IMG/VR virus record: IMGVR_UViG_3300047560_000921
Span: 62,001 to 126,000 of that record
Length of the DNA stretch: 64,000 nucleotides
Reading direction: 5' to 3' (one strand)
Positions 1-9,831 of the stretch are shown here, piece after piece. How positions within the stretch are numbered: position 1 is the first letter of the stretch; each line of letters starts with the position of its first letter. Below the pieces are notes generated by a model, which was given only the letters and a program-made list of their open reading frames with translations, was not told where the DNA came from and ran no database searches. The translations under genes and the position numbers were made by a program.

Positions 1-796
1 GTCCGCTGTCAATTAACAAGTCATCGCGGATAACTTGGTTTTTCTTTTCGATATTAAGAATACGTGTAAATGAGTTTGTAATCGCCGCAGTGTAGTAAGC
101 AAACGGGTTTTCTGATTTTGATTCGTCAAACTGTAAACCAATTTGACTTAACTGTAGTAATGCTTGACCGCGCATTTCTTCTACGTAAGTGTAACCGCGC
201 CAGTTGCTACGCATACTATAACGTTCGCAAAGTTTGATATACATTTGGGCTAAACCACGTGTAGTTTGTCCATGGTCAACACTAAATGATCCTGTAGCCA
301 AATCGCCCTTCCAGTGACTGCGGGCAACTTCTTCCCATGCACCGTTAATTTTAGCAAAGTGCTTGTATGGTGGGAAATTTACTTTGCTGTGATAGTCAGA
401 TGTAATCTTAGGCTTGTTTTTGCGCCCAGGCTCTTCGGGAATATGCCCAAACGTCATTAGTCTAATAACTAAGTCGTCGGCATTAATAGTTTCTGGATCT
501 ACTTTGTGCTGAATAGCTTTTGGCCTTTCGCCCTTGCTGTTGCGTACTTCTTCCCATTCTTTAAGAGCGGCTTCGTGTGCTTTTACGCTGAGTACACTGG
601 CTCTGTTAGCTTTTGCTTCAGCAATAACGCCGTTAGGGAATTTTTCAGTGGGAGTATCGTTAAAATCATTTAAATCACGTACAATAATGTCATATTGAAA
701 GTATTCTGGGGCTTTGAGCCAGGAGTAAGTCATCTTACTTTTGTGAATTTCTTTAAGCAATTCTTTGTTGCTTAGATATATTTTAGGTGCGGTCAT
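1..796 (-). CDS. T4 gp55-like late-transcription sigma factor (3' end runs off the window)
   Basis: Manual translation from ATG at 796: MTAPKIYLSNKELLKEI...LCERYSMRSNWRGYTYVEEMRGQALLQL...FDESKSENPFAYYTAAITNSFTRILNIEKKNQ, matching gp55 motifs (YxxN, NWxGYTY, NPFAYY). Not in the ORF track because it is truncated. Confidence 0.85.
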   Translation of the reverse strand, partial: MTAPKIYLSNKELLKEIHKSKMTYSWLKAPEYFQYDIIVRDLNDFNDTPTEKFPNGVIAEAKANRASVLSVKAHEAALKEWEEVRNSKGERPKAIQHKVDPETINADDLVIRLMTFGHIPEEPGRKNKPKITSDYHSKVNFPPYKHFAKINGAWEEVARSHWKGDLATGSFSVDHGQTTRGLAQMYIKLCERYSMRSNWRGYTYVEEMRGQALLQLSQIGLQFDESKSENPFAYYTAAITNSFTRILNIEKKNQVIRDDLLIDSG

Positions 797-801
797 AAGG
801 C

Positions 802-832
802 TATTGTAACAGTTATGCAGTACAAGAGTCAA
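802..832 (-). promoter_or_regulatory. sigma70-type promoter for the gp55-like gene; ATG 6 nt after the -10 (probably leaderless)
   Basis: Minus strand reads TTGACT-N18-TACAAT-AGCCTT-ATG. Confidence 0.55.
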
Positions 833-869
833 CTCTTGTCAACGTCAAAAACACCGTTTTTACTTGCCA

Positions 870-875
870 TAAATA
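870..875 (+). promoter_or_regulatory. Late promoter core (TAAATA) for the baseplate operon
   Basis: TAAATA followed by an AAGGA RBS and ATG 895; resembles the T4 late TATAAATA; recurs before other structural genes. Confidence 0.55.
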
Positions 876-894
876 TTAGATAAGGATCCGTAAT

Positions 895-1515
895 ATGAGA
901 TTTAGTCAAATTAGCAAAAACTTTGTAGTAGTATATCCAGGCCGTTTTCAGCCTTTCCACTTAGGGCACAGGGGTGTTTACGACCATTTAGTGCATCAGT
1001 TTGGTGCAAGTGCTGTGAGTATTGCTACCAGCGATAAAGTTGAATTGCCTAAAAGTCCGTTTAGTTTTGCGGAAAAGAAAGCATTAATGATGCTTACTGG
1101 TGTACCGGGCAATGCAATCGTACAGACTAAAAACCCATATCAAGCTCAAGAAATTACAGCACAGCACAATCCTGCAAAAGACGTTCTAGTATTTGCAGTG
1201 AGCCAAAAAGATATGGACGAAGATCCTAGGTTTAAGTTTGGCACTAAAAAGGACGGAAGTCCAAGCTATTTACAGCCTTTTAAGAAAGATTTCGATTTCG
1301 CAACGTTTGACAAGCATGGCTACGTTTATGTTGCGCCTACGGTACAATTTAAGATTCTGGGACAGGAAATTCAAAGCGCCAGTGAGATTAGACGCATGTT
1401 TGCAGAATCAGATACAGAAACAAAAATGAAGTTGTTTACTGAGTTGTTTGGGAAGTTTGACCAGCAGTTGTTTAATATGGTTGATGCTAAACTAGGAGCA
1501 ATCCAGCATGATTGA
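895..1515 (+). CDS. Cytidylyltransferase-like (HIGH-superfamily) nucleotidyltransferase
   Basis: PGRFQPFHLGH (HxGH) motif and C-terminal SASEIR motif. Confidence 0.8.
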   Translation: MRFSQISKNFVVVYPGRFQPFHLGHRGVYDHLVHQFGASAVSIATSDKVELPKSPFSFAEKKALMMLTGVPGNAIVQTKNPYQAQEITAQHNPAKDVLVFAVSQKDMDEDPRFKFGTKKDGSPSYLQPFKKDFDFATFDKHGYVYVAPTVQFKILGQEIQSASEIRRMFAESDTETKMKLFTELFGKFDQQLFNMVDAKLGAIQHD

Positions 1516-2116
1516 TTATACAAAAAGAGTAGCATTGGCCAGCAAGAAAGGTGTTGCTGATCCATTGTTTACTAGTCCTATGCTTGCACCGCTAAAGCAG
1601 TTTGGCGGCGTAATGTTTCCTTACATGCCCGACATTCAATACGATGTGCGAGCAGTATGGGACCCACAGCCGTTAACACATACAAACTACGCACCTAACA
1701 TTTATCAAAGAACAGAAAACCCAAAGATAAGTATTAACAATGCTAAGTTTACAGCCAGTACAAAAGAAGAAGCAGAGTACATGGTTGCAGTTATGCATTT
1801 CTTTAAAACTGTAACTAAGATGCACTTTGGTGTAAACGACAGTTTACGTGGCAGTCCTCCTCCTGTACTAGAGTTTAGTGCGTATGGTCCTGCTATATTC
1901 CAAAGCGTTCCGGTAGTAATCAGTTCTGTAAACTACAGATACCCTAGTGATGTAGACTACACTCCAGTAGATACCCCAATCGGGCAAGTGGTTGTTCCTG
2001 TAGTGCTAGAAATGACTATCGACTTAACAACACAATACAATACTAACCCTATTAAAAACCAGTTTAGTATTAAGGATTTTGCAGACGGCAAGTTAGCTAA
2101 GAAAGGATACATTTAA
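1508..2116 (+). CDS. Baseplate/tail-tube-initiator-like protein
   Basis: FPYMP...GSPPPVLEFSAYG...VPVVI pattern of tube-fold baseplate proteins; lies before gp53-like, hub and gp5 genes. Confidence 0.6.
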   Translation: MIDYTKRVALASKKGVADPLFTSPMLAPLKQFGGVMFPYMPDIQYDVRAVWDPQPLTHTNYAPNIYQRTENPKISINNAKFTASTKEEAEYMVAVMHFFKTVTKMHFGVNDSLRGSPPPVLEFSAYGPAIFQSVPVVISSVNYRYPSDVDYTPVDTPIGQVVVPVVLEMTIDLTTQYNTNPIKNQFSIKDFADGKLAKKGYI

Positions 2117-2412
2117 TGGCATCAACATACGCAACAAGTAGTCCATACGCAAATACTCGCGTTAACAGATTCTATTTGGACTTAGCCAAGTTACCTGCTA
2201 TCGCCCTAGACGGTACAGAAGTAGAAGTAACCATTGAACCAAAGTACAATCACAGGCCAGACTTATTGGCCTACGAAGCCTATGGGTCTAGTAAACTGTG
2301 GTGGATATTTAGAGCAGTGAACCCCGACGAACTAAGTGACCCAGTGTTTGATTTTAAAGCTGGCAAGAAGATTAAATTATTAAGTAAAGACAGAGCAAAG
2401 ACATACTTGTAA
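2116..2412 (+). CDS. Baseplate wedge protein, gp53-like (LysM-like)
   Basis: RPDLLAYEAYGSSKLWWIF..VN motif. Confidence 0.75.
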   Translation: MASTYATSSPYANTRVNRFYLDLAKLPAIALDGTEVEVTIEPKYNHRPDLLAYEAYGSSKLWWIFRAVNPDELSDPVFDFKAGKKIKLLSKDRAKTYL

Positions 2413-2413
2413 T

Positions 2414-4756
2414 ATGGCAGACAAAAAACCCCCAATGAGTTCGGCTGAAACAGCCGCCTATGATGAAGGCAGAGCTAATGCAGCCAATAATATCAACGCA
2501 CGAGTAGAGGCACTAAAGAAGTCCGAAACTATCAAGGATGTAAATCAAGCCGATAAAACAGTAACGCCTATCCAAGTTGATATTGCCAAAAGTGCAGAAG
2601 CTATGGGTAGCTTTAGACCTAACGTATTAAACGATTATCAAAACATTGCTTACTACCTACGCCTAACAATGATTCACCCACAGTTACTACAAGACTGGAA
2701 TCCAGCGCAGGGTGTTGTTATTGCAGAAACTGCAACAACCAGTGATATGGTTATTAGCGAAACTAACATTAAGACTGTTTGTAACTGGGATAGTAAAACT
2801 CAAAACGTAGTAGCAACAACTGGTGAAATGACTATTGTAGAACCACTAGGTGTTCGCTTCTTAGATAAACTAGTACGTACAGCTAACGCATTGCGTATTT
2901 CAAATCATACACAAGCCCAGTATTATCTAGAAATTACATTTAAAGGTACAGATCCTACTAGCGGCGAGGAAGTATTCATTCCTGGCTTGTATTACATTTG
3001 GCCTATTGTATTCCGTAAAGTAGACATGGACATTACTGAACGTGGCGGGCAGTATAAGATTCAATTTGTTCACTTGGAAGTAAGCGCACAAGAACTAGTT
3101 GTCGAAAACTTAAAAGATATTGTTAACGTGTCTAGTACTAGTGTAGGCGAATACTTTGAAGGATTGCAAACGGCGCTTAACAACAAAGAAAAGCAAAAGG
3201 TATACGTTAGTAAAATCATACCTAACGAGTACGAATTTATTGTAGATCCTGAAATTGCCAAATACAAGTTTGCTAACTTTAATCCAGGTAAAATTGCAAC
3301 AACAAAAAGCTCACAAACAAGCCCAGACGGCAAAGGCAAACAAGTATTCCGAGAAGGCTCTGGCATATTAGGTTTGATTAACGTTATCCTTGCTGGTACA
3401 GATGAAATGCAACAAATGCAACGTGTAGAACGTAAAGGTTCGGCTGGCAATGAAAAAGGTTTGCCTAGCAAAGTAACACCAGACGAAGCCGCAGACCCAT
3501 ATAAGTTCTTCCGTGTACAAACTTATACACAGGCAATTGAATTTGATAGTTACACAAAAGACTACGCAAAGAAAATTACTTACAAGATTATGCCATTCAT
3601 CACGCCACAGGTGGTAACACCGGCTGACCAAGATTCACAACAGGGCGGAGATGATGCAGTTAACAAAGAAACAGTTAAGAAGCGTTACGAAAAGTTAAAA
3701 GTTCTTAACATGTTAAACAAGCGTTACGATTATTTTTACACTGGCTTGAACACTGAAGTAAGAAATTTCAAAATTACTTTGAACAATGCGTTCTTCCAAC
3801 CAGTGCCAACTAACGGAACAGCATTTGCCGACACTAGCCAACACGGTCCTAAGATTAAAGGTAGTCCCGAAGGCGAACGTGCAGAAATTGATAAAGCACG
3901 TAAAGAGTGGAAAGATAACGCACAAAAGCTAAAAGACAATAGAGAAGGTAAAGGCTTTTATCTATTCAATAACAGGGAAAAAGAAGAAGCTCGCTTGATG
4001 CAAGAACAGGCAAATAATCCTGTAATGAAAGCTAAACAAGAAGCCGCAACTACATTGCTAGGCCCTATTAAAAGGTTTGGTCAAAATGCACCTAAAGCCG
4101 ATCCACACCAGTTGCGTATATCTGGGTTAACATATCAGGACAGCGACGGTGTTGTTGATGATAACAGTGTTAACGCAGGATGGTTATTGAACCGTTTCTT
4201 AGAAGACGATACTGACAAAGAAAGCACTGAAGGTGTGGAAAGTCCGTTTAGTAACAACCGCGGCAGCTTTGGCTATATCTTCAACCAGCTACGTGCCAGT
4301 GCAGACTTATGTGCTATCGACATTGAGATTGTTGGTGATCCATTTTGGTTCGGTACACCTAACAGTATTTTGTTAGAAAAGCTAGCAGGTAATGCAGATA
4401 TGAAAAACTCTGATATGACGCTAGCAGACTACAACAAAGGCGGAAACTATTTCTACTTAACTGTGCAAACTCCTAGTGACTATGATCCTGCCGATGGCTT
4501 GATGAAGTTCGACCAGAACCAAATGATTTCGGGATTGTATCTAGCAACTACAGTTGAACACACGTTTAAAGGACAATTTGTACAAAAGATTCACGGTGTT
4601 CGTGATGCTAACATTATTGCTAGTTACTTAGGTGTTAGTAAAGAAGCGGTTGAAAAACAACAAGCAGATGCAAAGAAAGCATCGGATGCTACTAAGAGTG
4701 CAGTACAACAACAAGCAGACACGGCAGGAGCCAAAGTACCATCAGCGAAGAAATAA
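2414..4756 (+). CDS. Baseplate hub protein (gp27-like)
   Basis: 780 aa between gp53-like and gp5-like genes; IEIVGDP and SGLY...VEHTF..GQF motifs of hub proteins. Confidence 0.6.
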   Translation: MADKKPPMSSAETAAYDEGRANAANNINARVEALKKSETIKDVNQADKTVTPIQVDIAKSAEAMGSFRPNVLNDYQNIAYYLRLTMIHPQLLQDWNPAQGVVIAETATTSDMVISETNIKTVCNWDSKTQNVVATTGEMTIVEPLGVRFLDKLVRTANALRISNHTQAQYYLEITFKGTDPTSGEEVFIPGLYYIWPIVFRKVDMDITERGGQYKIQFVHLEVSAQELVVENLKDIVNVSSTSVGEYFEGLQTALNNKEKQKVYVSKIIPNEYEFIVDPEIAKYKFANFNPGKIATTKSSQTSPDGKGKQVFREGSGILGLINVILAGTDEMQQMQRVERKGSAGNEKGLPSKVTPDEAADPYKFFRVQTYTQAIEFDSYTKDYAKKITYKIMPFITPQVVTPADQDSQQGGDDAVNKETVKKRYEKLKVLNMLNKRYDYFYTGLNTEVRNFKITLNNAFFQPVPTNGTAFADTSQHGPKIKGSPEGERAEIDKARKEWKDNAQKLKDNREGKGFYLFNNREKEEARLMQEQANNPVMKAKQEAATTLLGPIKRFGQNAPKADPHQLRISGLTYQDSDGVVDDNSVNAGWLLNRFLEDDTDKESTEGVESPFSNNRGSFGYIFNQLRASADLCAIDIEIVGDPFWFGTPNSILLEKLAGNADMKNSDMTLADYNKGGNYFYLTVQTPSDYDPADGLMKFDQNQMISGLYLATTVEHTFKGQFVQKIHGVRDANIIASYLGVSKEAVEKQQADAKKASDATKSAVQQQADTAGAKVPSAKK

Positions 4757-4759
4757 CAA

Positions 4760-6721
4760 ATGGCAATTAGTAACGCGGCCAGTAAAGTAAGGCCACAATC
4801 AAGAGACGATACCGCTAGTAGAATTAATATGCCCATGGGCATATACATAGCCATTGTTAAAGACAATGCTGACGATAAAGGCATGGGTAGACTGCGTGTT
4901 TGGATTCCTGAGTTCAAAAGCGACCCTGCTGACAGTTCGGCATGGACTACAGTAAGTTATGCTAGCCCGTTTGCAGGCGCCAGCGATCCACATGCAACAG
5001 GTTCTAATCCAAAGAGCAGTACAGAAACTCAACGTGCATATGGTATGTGGTTTGTACCGCCTGATGTAAACAACGAAGTTCTAGTATGTTTCCCTAACGG
5101 AGACATTACTAAAGGTGTTTGGTTTGCGTGTTTGTACCAAGAAGCTAATACGTTTACAGTGCCTGGTATACCATTTGGTAAGACTTACGGTGACACTACT
5201 AACGCAGAAACTTATCCTAGTGCAGAAAAGAATAAACGTGACTTAGACAACGATGCTAGCTTACGTCCACGCCATCCTACGCTAGCCGATGCATTAGATG
5301 ACCAAGGTTTAACCACAGACTTCTTGCGTGGTAACAGTACCAGCGGCGCCCAACGTGATGATATTAGTAAAGTATACGGCATTTTAACTCCGGGCCAACA
5401 TCAGTTTGTCATGGACGACGATAGCAAAAATGCTTACATTAGATTACGTACACAAAACGGCGCACAGATTTTTATCAATGATACCTTTGGTATGATTTAC
5501 TTGATCAACCGTGACGGCACAGCGTGGTTCGAGTTAAGTGCAGATGGACACATTGATGCATACGCAGAAGGCGGTATTAACATGCATACCTTAGGCGACA
5601 TTAACTTCCGTGCTGGCAAAGATATTAACTTAGAAGCCGCAGGTAAAATTCAAATGAACAGCGGCTCAGACTTAAAAGTTAGTGTCTCTGGTAATGGTAA
5701 CTTAATTGTAGGCGGCGATTTGCGTATAGGTGCAATGGGCGCAACACACTTAGGCGCCGGTGGCAACCTAGTATTAGGCGGCGCACAGTTGCACTTAAAC
5801 GGCCCAGCACCAGAAAGTCCAGAAGGCCCAGATGAAAACGGCCTGGCAGTTAACACTGGTATTCGTAGCAGTATTGCAAGCCGTGTTCCAGAACATGAAC
5901 CATGGCGCGGCCACGTTAACTTACCTAACCCAGGTTTAACTAGTAAGACTCGTAGCGAACAACAAACTGCCGCCGATGGCGGCCCTGGATTACCTGCAGA
6001 TCCAAACGCTAGCTCTACCCCATTGGACACAACAGGCATTGAACCTAATGCCAACGTAGATACAAAAAATGCAGTGGACGTGGCAGGATTACATTTAAGC
6101 AAGCCTGGAGCAGACTTCATCTTGGGCATGGAACGTTTCAGGCCAGTTGAGTACTGGGACTTTAGAGCGCACAGTATTGGATTCGGACACTTACAAGACG
6201 GAAAGAAATACGACAAGCCTAGTGACTTCGACAATGGTATGACTTACGATGCCGCTTATAATAAGTTCCTGGTTGATGTGCAACAATTTGAAAATTCTAT
6301 CAAGTCAGCTTTCAAAGGATGTAAGATGACCCAGAACCATTTTGATGCATTAGTAAGTTGTGCATATAATATGGGCGCCGGTGGCATGGGCAAGCTAAGT
6401 TACCAAAGTAAGAACATCAAAGACTGGGGTCGAGAAGGTAACTGGGATAACGTTGCTAACTGTATTAGTAGTTGTCCGCACGAAAATGCACGCCGCTTGA
6501 AAGAAGCCCAAGTCATGAAGTCAGGTAACTACCCACAAGGCTTGACGCGAGTACAGTTGGAAAAAGAAGGCTATAAAGTAGCTAAAGGGCAAATAGAAAA
6601 CAGTAAGGCGCAGATTAAAGGCCCTGAACTTGGCCCTGGACGATACAAGCCTATATTTGGTACACCAACAGAAGTACAGAAGCGCCAGTGGGCGGGCGTT
6701 AAAGGCAATGCAGTAACATGA
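4760..6721 (+). CDS. gp5-like baseplate spike with C-terminal GH24 lysozyme
   Basis: N-terminal OB fold (D.KGMGRLRVWIP, GMWFVPPD..NEVLVCF), beta-helix repeats, then E-x8-D..SIGFGH and TQNHFDALVS.AYN.G lysozyme motifs. Confidence 0.85.
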   Translation: MAISNAASKVRPQSRDDTASRINMPMGIYIAIVKDNADDKGMGRLRVWIPEFKSDPADSSAWTTVSYASPFAGASDPHATGSNPKSSTETQRAYGMWFVPPDVNNEVLVCFPNGDITKGVWFACLYQEANTFTVPGIPFGKTYGDTTNAETYPSAEKNKRDLDNDASLRPRHPTLADALDDQGLTTDFLRGNSTSGAQRDDISKVYGILTPGQHQFVMDDDSKNAYIRLRTQNGAQIFINDTFGMIYLINRDGTAWFELSADGHIDAYAEGGINMHTLGDINFRAGKDINLEAAGKIQMNSGSDLKVSVSGNGNLIVGGDLRIGAMGATHLGAGGNLVLGGAQLHLNGPAPESPEGPDENGLAVNTGIRSSIASRVPEHEPWRGHVNLPNPGLTSKTRSEQQTAADGGPGLPADPNASSTPLDTTGIEPNANVDTKNAVDVAGLHLSKPGADFILGMERFRPVEYWDFRAHSIGFGHLQDGKKYDKPSDFDNGMTYDAAYNKFLVDVQQFENSIKSAFKGCKMTQNHFDALVSCAYNMGAGGMGKLSYQSKNIKDWGREGNWDNVANCISSCPHENARRLKEAQVMKSGNYPQGLTRVQLEKEGYKVAKGQIENSKAQIKGPELGPGRYKPIFGTPTEVQKRQWAGVKGNAVT

Positions 6722-7191
6722 TTTACGAACTCAAAGGAATCAGCTTTCCTAATAGATGGAAAGAAGATAATTTAAAGTGGATCAACTGGGACAGGATACA
6801 TATTGCCCAACACAAGAAGTCAGTAACGCCTATCGGCGAGCATAAACAGGAATTTCTACAATGTATTCCTGCTAGTGTAAAAAGCATTGCCATAGAACCA
6901 AGCTATAGTATGTATGGTCCCACACTTCGTGAACACTACGGAAAAAGCATTTGGTTTACTTGCATGATTATGCACTTGCATACAGCAGGCGAGCAATACT
7001 ACTGCACCCAAAACAATGAGCGAGTATTACTTGAACAAGGCAAAGTGTATTTTGTAGATATACAAACTGACCCAATGCTTTGGGATGTGAAAAATACTGG
7101 CATGGTGTATGCCAGTATTAAATTTAAAATACCTACAAGTGAAGTGTTGGAAATACTAAAAGCAGATCCAACAATAGAAGTTATTTCTTAA
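6718..7191 (+). CDS. Hypothetical protein, possibly a degenerate AspH/cupin fold
   Basis: LEQGKVYFVD segment resembles IEQGRVYYVN of the AspH-like protein at 10631; metal ligands not evident. Confidence 0.35.
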   Translation: MIYELKGISFPNRWKEDNLKWINWDRIHIAQHKKSVTPIGEHKQEFLQCIPASVKSIAIEPSYSMYGPTLREHYGKSIWFTCMIMHLHTAGEQYYCTQNNERVLLEQGKVYFVDIQTDPMLWDVKNTGMVYASIKFKIPTSEVLEILKADPTIEVIS

Positions 7192-7420
7192 GATTTTCCA
7201 TGACCATATCTTTTGCTTTGTCTTCGATAGCAGTATCTTCGGCAATAAGCATTTGAGTGGTCATTAGTTTGACAAATTCTTTTACTTCGTGTTCGCCATT
7301 CTCGGTCCACTTACTGTACTCGTGCTGTCGTCCGATATCGCTTTTACGAAAGTATTTGTGGTTGTTGGCTAACTCTTTTAAGCCTCCATATAGCATTGCT
7401 TTTACTGTGTCTGGTGTCAT
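7181..7420 (-). CDS. Hypothetical protein (MTPDTVKAML...)
   Basis: ATG at 7420 with an AAGG RBS just after the ligase stop; the longer track ORF overlaps the ligase. Confidence 0.65.
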   Translation of the reverse strand: MTPDTVKAMLYGGLKELANNHKYFRKSDIGRQHEYSKWTENGEHEVKEFVKLMTTQMLIAEDTAIEDKAKDMVMENLKK

Positions 7421-7430
7421 AATTACCTTA

Positions 7431-8744
7431 TTAGATTTTCTCGCCAGCCTTGAAGCCTCGGAAACGTAAGAACCGTGGAAACCTGAGCGAATAAGAACCA
7501 TCCTGATTCTGTGTGACTGCGTCTGCGCGAACTTCGACAACTTGTCCCAGTAAGCGATTTTTATCAGCCCAATAGTCATCGCGGTTAGCGTCAGTAAAGC
7601 CACTGCCGACATTGACGGTGATAAATTTTCCGTCATCATCACCTTCGCAAATAATTGCACCAAGTCGTCCTTCATTGCGTCCCGTTCCTTCTTCAACCCC
7701 GATTACAGTCAAGCTAACTTCAATAAACGGCTTGAGCTTGAGCCAAGCTACACTGCGTTTACATTCGTATCCAGCCATTGGATCTTTAAGCATGATACCT
7801 TCGTATCCGCCGGCAATGGCTTGTGCATTAATTTCTTTATATCGCTTTTGCCCTTCGGGCTTGTCCAAGTCAACAAGCTCGTGTCCCACAACCTGCACGT
7901 TGGGCAATTCTGCTTGATACTTGTTAATCCATTCTGCTAGATTTTGACTACGGATAAGTTGATAGGTATCGTACTTGCCGCTTTCAAAGTTAGACAACGG
8001 CATCATGTCAAACAGATTAAGGACTGCGTCATTGCTTTGCACATCGCTTTTACGATGCACTTGTTTCATCAAATCTTGGAAGCTAGAGCTCATAATCTCG
8101 CCGTCAAAGACATAGGGCTCCGACAAGTTATGAGCTACCTTGGCAAACTGTTCTGTAACGTGCGGGAAGTTTACCAGCTCTTTACCATTACGACTAAACT
8201 GATCAACGCGACCATCAGGGTAAGCGATAGTAATGACCCGGACACCATCCAGTTTGACTTCGATGAGTTTCTGTCCAACCACTTTGGACTCATGATTAGT
8301 GCTATCGTGAGCAAGCTGACAACTAAAGACAGGAACTGCGTAAGATCCATATTTTTTCCCTACTACGTTATTAATTGTTTTTTCGCTAACGCCGCAACGC
8401 AGGTCCTTAATAAGGATTCGGCGATACCAAAAATTCCATTCGTCTTGCTTTGCGGCACTTAGGCAAAGCTCAATGGCGCTACGTGCATCGTTACCAGTAA
8501 GGGCACGAGTGCGAAGATTTTCTGCAAGCTCGACAAACGCATCCCATGGCAGGCCTTGCCCGTCTGGCCCACCGTGTGTGGGAACTTGCTTGACACCAAA
8601 GGTAACCATGGCGTCTAGCGCCATCCGGCAACCATCAAAGAATACAGTGTTGCCTTCTTTTGCAGTTGCTTCAATGACACCTTCTTTGAACAGTCGGCTA
8701 TTGTCAGATTCTAGTTGTTGGATAATTTCAAAAGGTTGACGCAT
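7431..8744 (-). CDS. lig: ATP-dependent DNA ligase
   Basis: EVKLDGVR (motif I), FDGE, EGIMLK, WLKLK, VGSGF, SLRFPRF. Confidence 0.95.
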   Translation of the reverse strand: MRQPFEIIQQLESDNSRLFKEGVIEATAKEGNTVFFDGCRMALDAMVTFGVKQVPTHGGPDGQGLPWDAFVELAENLRTRALTGNDARSAIELCLSAAKQDEWNFWYRRILIKDLRCGVSEKTINNVVGKKYGSYAVPVFSCQLAHDSTNHESKVVGQKLIEVKLDGVRVITIAYPDGRVDQFSRNGKELVNFPHVTEQFAKVAHNLSEPYVFDGEIMSSSFQDLMKQVHRKSDVQSNDAVLNLFDMMPLSNFESGKYDTYQLIRSQNLAEWINKYQAELPNVQVVGHELVDLDKPEGQKRYKEINAQAIAGGYEGIMLKDPMAGYECKRSVAWLKLKPFIEVSLTVIGVEEGTGRNEGRLGAIICEGDDDGKFITVNVGSGFTDANRDDYWADKNRLLGQVVEVRADAVTQNQDGSYSLRFPRFLRFRGFKAGEKI

Positions 8745-8756
8745 TTATTTTTCCTA

Positions 8757-9179
8757 TTAGGCGACTTGATAAGGCTTGTTCCAAGAACCAATGTTAACAT
8801 CAACGTACCAACCCACATCAAAGTAATCAGTTTGAATGTCCGAGTTGTCGTGATTACCCTTGTTCATAGCGGTCAACACTTCAGTAAGGAATTGTTTTGC
8901 ATCGCCGGAGAAGTGGTCCTGATACCAGTAAGGGTTAACGTCGAGGGTTTTGTTTTTACGGATGTATGCAACTTGGTCGTCTGACATGTACTTAGCATAA
9001 GGCTTTTCCTTGTCAGTTGCAATGAAGTTTTCAATGAAGTCGATGGAACCTGACTTAATGTTCAAAACAAAAGTGCTGTGGTTACGCACAGCCAGCGAAC
9101 CTTTGATGCCGTACTTTTTAAGGATGGCTTTGATAACTGGGGTACGTTCCGCCTTGCGCTCTTGATTGAAATAAGCCAT
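8757..9179 (-). CDS. Conserved phage early hypothetical protein
   Basis: AGGAG RBS and an upstream consensus promoter; DNSDIQTDYFDVGWY motif. Confidence 0.75.
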   Translation of the reverse strand: MAYFNQERKAERTPVIKAILKKYGIKGSLAVRNHSTFVLNIKSGSIDFIENFIATDKEKPYAKYMSDDQVAYIRKNKTLDVNPYWYQDHFSGDAKQFLTEVLTAMNKGNHDNSDIQTDYFDVGWYVDVNIGSWNKPYQVA

Positions 9180-9210
9180 TTAAAACTCCTGTTTTGTTAA
9201 CGTATGCATG

Positions 9211-9240
9211 TATTATACAATTAATTGGATTTATTGTCAA
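9211..9240 (-). promoter_or_regulatory. Early promoter repeat, copy 1
   Basis: TTGACA-ATAAATCCAATTAATTG-TATAAT: perfect -35/17 bp/-10. Confidence 0.9.
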
Positions 9241-9461
9241 CTAATTACTTGCACTTTAAAAGCAGAAATAGAGCCGTTGTCGCCTGGAATGTTAACAGTA
9301 GTAGAAAACTTAACACCTTTTTGTACAGGAATTCGCAGGGTGAGCCAAGTGTTAAGGAAGCCAGGCTTGGCAGTGGGGCCAACTTTAATGTTTTCAATGA
9401 TAGCAGAACGAGTGCCAGCGGCGCTGGTGTAACGAATTTCAGTACCAATTGCGAGTTCCAT
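9237..9461 (-). CDS. Small early hypothetical protein
   Basis: AAGGAG RBS; lies between two promoter repeats. Confidence 0.7.
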   Translation of the reverse strand: MELAIGTEIRYTSAAGTRSAIIENIKVGPTAKPGFLNTWLTLRIPVQKGVKFSTTVNIPGDNGSISAFKVQVIS

Positions 9462-9493
9462 TTAGTGCTCCTTGTTTTGTTGCGCTATGATGT

Positions 9494-9523
9494 TATTATA
9501 CAATTAATTGGATTTATTGTCAA
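9494..9523 (-). promoter_or_regulatory. Early promoter repeat, copy 2
   Basis: Identical 30-mer to 9211-9240. Confidence 0.9.
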
Positions 9524-9803
9524 TTGGAAACTTAACCCTGCCCAAACAGGCCATCATTAGCTGTCCATCAAAATCAGCAGGTAGTACTTCAGTACTACAT
9601 TTTCTGTAGCCCGAACGTTCCTTTTTATCTGCTATCCGCCCAGCGTCCCATGCATTTTCGTGTTGTTTAAATGCAACACTTTTGCCACGTTTGCCCCAGA
9701 AGCTAAAAAGCCCTTGACTAGTTTTTACTAGTCCCCAAATCTTGTCGTGTCCTTCTGTGTTGTTCCACCCTAAGAACAGGAAGTCATCTACAGCAAATTC
9801 CAT
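9504..9803 (-). CDS. WGR-domain-like small protein
   Basis: HDKIW...FWGKRG...K..K.RSGY pattern; GAGG RBS. Confidence 0.6.
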   Translation of the reverse strand: MEFAVDDFLFLGWNNTEGHDKIWGLVKTSQGLFSFWGKRGKSVAFKQHENAWDAGRIADKKERSGYRKCSTEVLPADFDGQLMMACLGRVKFPIDNKSN

Positions 9804-9831
9804 AGCACCTCAAATTTGTTAACTATTTCGC

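Noticed and set aside
5650-6234. 194-aa - strand ORF and similar short antisense ORFs across the structural genes
   Set aside because: They lie wholly within strongly supported + strand genes
7421-7696. N-terminal extension of ORF 7181..7696
   Set aside because: It overlaps the ligase in another frame; a good RBS and ATG lie at 7420
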